A stretch of 64,000 nt of DNA from Patescibacteria group bacterium (GTDB lineage Bacteria; Patescibacteriota; UBA1384; GWA2-35-9; JBASTP01), in assembly GCA_049274945.1 (NCBI GenBank), contig JBASTP010000002.1:1125-65124 (forward strand). The letters run 5' to 3'. Of the stretch, positions 61,590 to 64,000 are shown in pieces. The first letter of the stretch is position 1; every line of letters begins with the position of its first letter. The translations under genes and the position numbers were made by a program. Below the pieces are notes generated by a model. It worked only from the letters and a program-made list of their open reading frames with translations, did not search any database and was not told the DNA's origin.

Positions 61590-64000
61590 CGTCTCTTACT
61601 CACCGCAAGGCGTAACGTCTCAGTGCTAAACTCTTTATCAAATACGTGCGGTATCCCCTGTTGTAAGCTAGTAAGCGTCTCTGATTCGATCATTGTTCGA
61701 TGGACGCCAAGCGCTTGATTCGTTTTTTGGTCAGCTGTTTCATAGAAGGCAGCGACCTGGTCGCTAAATCCATAGCCGGCTTGTTTGCGCAAGTCCTGGA
61801 TAGCGCGGATCACATCGCGCGCGATCCCCTCTTCCCTAAGTTCGGGAGTAATTTTAGTATCGAGCGCGACTCCCCTACCAACAACAATTTTTTTAACGTT
61901 CAGCTCGTCGGTAATGAGCTCATGAAAGTCTTTTAATGCGGAGTTGTTAATGGTTAATTGTTTGAGCGGCTGACGGACTTTGATCCCGCTCGCAGAACGA
62001 AGCTTAAGAGCTTCCGAGACAATGGTGCGTACCAGCAGCGTATCGGCGATTAATTTTTGATCGATCATTTTTTTGTCGGCTTTTGGCCAATCCTGCAAAT
62101 GAACGCTTTCCTTGCCAAACTCGAGATGGAGCGCATCGGCATTAAACGGCATAAACGGGGCAATAAGTTTTGCGGTAGTTTCCAGTACGTTTTTCAATGT
62201 AGCGAAAAATGCTTCGTCAGTTCTACCGCGTGAACGGCGCACATACCACGTTGACGTATCATCAATTAATGCCATGATCTCCCGCGCTGCCTCCGTGATT
62301 TCATACCGTTCCAGCTGATTGGTAACATGGTTAATCGTGACATGTAGACGCGACGTGATCCACTGATCTAAAATTTTGAATTTTGATTTGTCAGTTTGAT
62401 CTTTGATTTTTGATTTTTGCATTCTTGAATATGTTTCATAATACGCATACACGTTCCACAGTAAACCCAAGGTTTTATTCTTATATGTCACGAGGTCTTT
62501 TTCAACGAATGCCTTATTGTCACCAGGCTGATTCATGATGTAGAAATACCAGCGCAACGCATCGGCGCCGTGTTTTTCAATGATGGTATTTGGATCAATC
62601 ACGTTGCCCTTTGATTTGGACATCTTCTTGCCCTTTTCGTCGAGCACTAACCCGTTTGAGATAACCGTTTTGTACGGTGGTCCATCACCTAGGGCAGTCG
62701 AAACTGCCAGGAGCGTGTAGAACCAGCCGCGAGTTTGATCGATCCCCTCGGCAATAAAGTCAGCCGGGAATCGACCGGCCTTCTGTTCACCGCTCGCGTA
62801 TGGCATGGCGCCGGAATCGAACCAGCCATCCACGACGTATGGCTCTCGGTGCATTGTTTCGTTACATTCGCTGCACTCAAATATTATTTCATCGATCAAC
62901 GGCCGGTGGAGATCGTCGAGTTTTTTTGGCAGCTCAGTTACTGAACCAATCACCTTGGTATGACCGTTTTTGCACATCCACACCGGTAGCGGCGTTCCCC
63001 AATACCGCTCGCGCGAGAACGCCCAATCTTTTGCTTCTTTAAGGAACTCCCCAAAACGGCCTTGCTTGAGATGGGCAGGTGTCCAAGTAATCTTGTTGTT
63101 ATTTGCAACGAGCTCCTTGCGTAACGTGCTCATCGCTACGAACCACGAATCCTTGGCATAATAGAGGAGTGGCGTGCCGCAGCGCCAACAAAACGGATAG
63201 CTGTGGGTGTAGTTTTCGGCTTTTAATAACAGTCCCCTATCTTTAAGGTCCTTGATGATATCTCGATCGGCGTCTTTAACAAATTTTCCGGCGAACGGCT
63301 TAACAAAATCCTTAAATGTTCCATCGTCGTCAACGGTGTGGATTTTTGGCAAATCAAAACGATCGGCAAGCTTGTAATCATCTTCCCCGTACATCACCGC
63401 AGTGTGGACAATGCCAGTTCCCTCATCAGTTGATACAAAATCAGCATCGATAATTGTATGTACATCTTTGGCCTTACCGGCCAAAAATGGATACAACGGT
63501 TCATAATGAGAACCAATTAACTTATTCACATCAACTGATTGTACCGATGTGCCACCTGTACCCACTTCGGAAGTGTCCTCGGAAGTGTCCGACGATTTAG
63601 CCATGATTAAATCCCCTACTTTGACGTACGCAATGTCTTTGCCGACCGCCAGCGCCACGTTGCCCGGCAGGGTCCATGGCGTCGTTGTCCAGGCCACAAT
63701 GGATGTATCTTTATATGCCCCATCGAGAATCTTGAATTTGACGTACACCGATTCCTCGGTAACATCTTCATACCCTTGCGCCACTTCGTGTGACGAGAGC
63801 GAGGTGCCGCAGCGCGGGCAGTGCGGCACGACTTTGTAACCTTTGTAGAGCAATCCCTTTTCGTGGAATTGCTTGATGATGCCCCAGAGCTCGCTAATAT
63901 AGGAGCTTTCGTAGGTAATATAGGGATTTTTAAGATCGAGCCAAAAACCGATCCGTTCGGTTAGTGCTTCCCAATCTTTTTGGTAACGAAAAACCAGCTC
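61586..64000 (-). CDS. ileS: isoleucyl-tRNA synthetase (N-terminal part lies beyond window end)
   Basis: KMSKSKGNVIDP, WFDSGAMPY, SRERYWGTPLPVW; reading frame continues to position 64000. Confidence 0.9.
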   Translation of the reverse strand, partial: ELVFRYQKDWEALTERIGFWLDLKNPYITYESSYISELWGIIKQFHEKGLLYKGYKVVPHCPRCGTSLSSHEVAQGYEDVTEESVYVKFKILDGAYKDTSIVAWTTTPWTLPGNVALAVGKDIAYVKVGDLIMAKSSDTSEDTSEVGTGGTSVQSVDVNKLIGSHYEPLYPFLAGKAKDVHTIIDADFVSTDEGTGIVHTAVMYGEDDYKLADRFDLPKIHTVDDDGTFKDFVKPFAGKFVKDADRDIIKDLKDRGLLLKAENYTHSYPFCWRCGTPLLYYAKDSWFVAMSTLRKELVANNNKITWTPAHLKQGRFGEFLKEAKDWAFSRERYWGTPLPVWMCKNGHTKVIGSVTELPKKLDDLHRPLIDEIIFECSECNETMHREPYVVDGWFDSGAMPYASGEQKAGRFPADFIAEGIDQTRGWFYTLLAVSTALGDGPPYKTVISNGLVLDEKGKKMSKSKGNVIDPNTIIEKHGADALRWYFYIMNQPGDNKAFVEKDLVTYKNKTLGLLWNVYAYYETYSRMQKSKIKDQTDKSKFKILDQWITSRLHVTINHVTNQLERYEITEAAREIMALIDDTSTWYVRRSRGRTDEAFFATLKNVLETTAKLIAPFMPFNADALHLEFGKESVHLQDWPKADKKMIDQKLIADTLLVRTIVSEALKLRSASGIKVRQPLKQLTINNSALKDFHELITDELNVKKIVVGRGVALDTKITPELREEGIARDVIRAIQDLRKQAGYGFSDQVAAFYETADQKTNQALGVHRTMIESETLTSLQQGIPHVFDKEFSTETLRLAVSKRR

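Overview
This 64 kb window looks like bacterial chromosome from a small-genome organism. Coding density is high, GC is roughly 55%, and it has Patescibacteria/CPR-like traits: N-terminally extended L7/L12 and L1, two tandem type IV pilins, surface proteins with an LPxTG-like sorting signal, and no rpoBC after rplL. Protein families were assigned by reading the supplied six-frame translations for motifs; no database search was possible.

Features called in this window:
- About 72 CDS. The confident ones are rarA, rpsU, ftsA-ftsZ, nrdR-nrdJ (class II B12-dependent RNR), trxA, sbcD and sbcC (split by msrB-msrA), gmk, manC, secD-secF, and a long minus-strand array: ileS (partial), ftsW/rodA, two pilins, rplU, secE, nusG, rplK, a purF-like gene, dprA, topA, recR, cysS, prfB, ybaB, pth, rplA, rplJ, rplL.
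- Several accessory islands sit between the housekeeping genes.

The most unusual things seen directly in the sequence:
1. A family of about 90-100 bp near-palindromic intergenic repeats (core CAACCACTGAT ... ATCTGTGGTTG) in at least 14 copies. They cluster heavily between 40.9 and 58.3 kb and sit at almost every gene junction of the minus-strand ribosomal-protein and translation array. One copy supplies the C-terminal codons of topA.
2. A REP-like 28-bp hairpin (TATTCCACTCCGGGAGTGGAATA) at four sites. Two of them flank an AT-rich IS200-like/REP-associated tyrosine transposase (RAYT) gene.
3. A GC-rich ~150 bp modular repeat in three copies, with an insertion pattern that suggests a structured RNA.
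4. An operon (about 33.4-40.1 kb) encoding two paralogous membrane-anchored DUF87/VirB4/HerA-like P-loop ATPases (871 and 821 aa) plus small unknown proteins. This is a candidate secretion or DNA-transfer module, near the type IV pilins and dprA.
5. A 640 bp insertion (30.67-31.3 kb) flanked by a 21-bp direct repeat and carrying a REP copy.
6. About 1.1 kb (19.2-20.35 kb) without a credible ORF but with convergent intrinsic terminators, and a second candidate small RNA (56.83-57.06 kb) driven by a perfect sigma70 consensus promoter inside an AT-rich island.
7. Tandem NrdR boxes overlapping the nrdR-nrdJ promoter, and a DUF4430 plus ECF-S-component pair (possible cobalamin uptake) right after nrdJ.
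8. A surface-protein operon with a collagen-like Gly-X-Y protein and a Gly/Ala-rich LPKAG-anchored protein.

The RNA and system calls are inference and need covariance-model or structure search to confirm.
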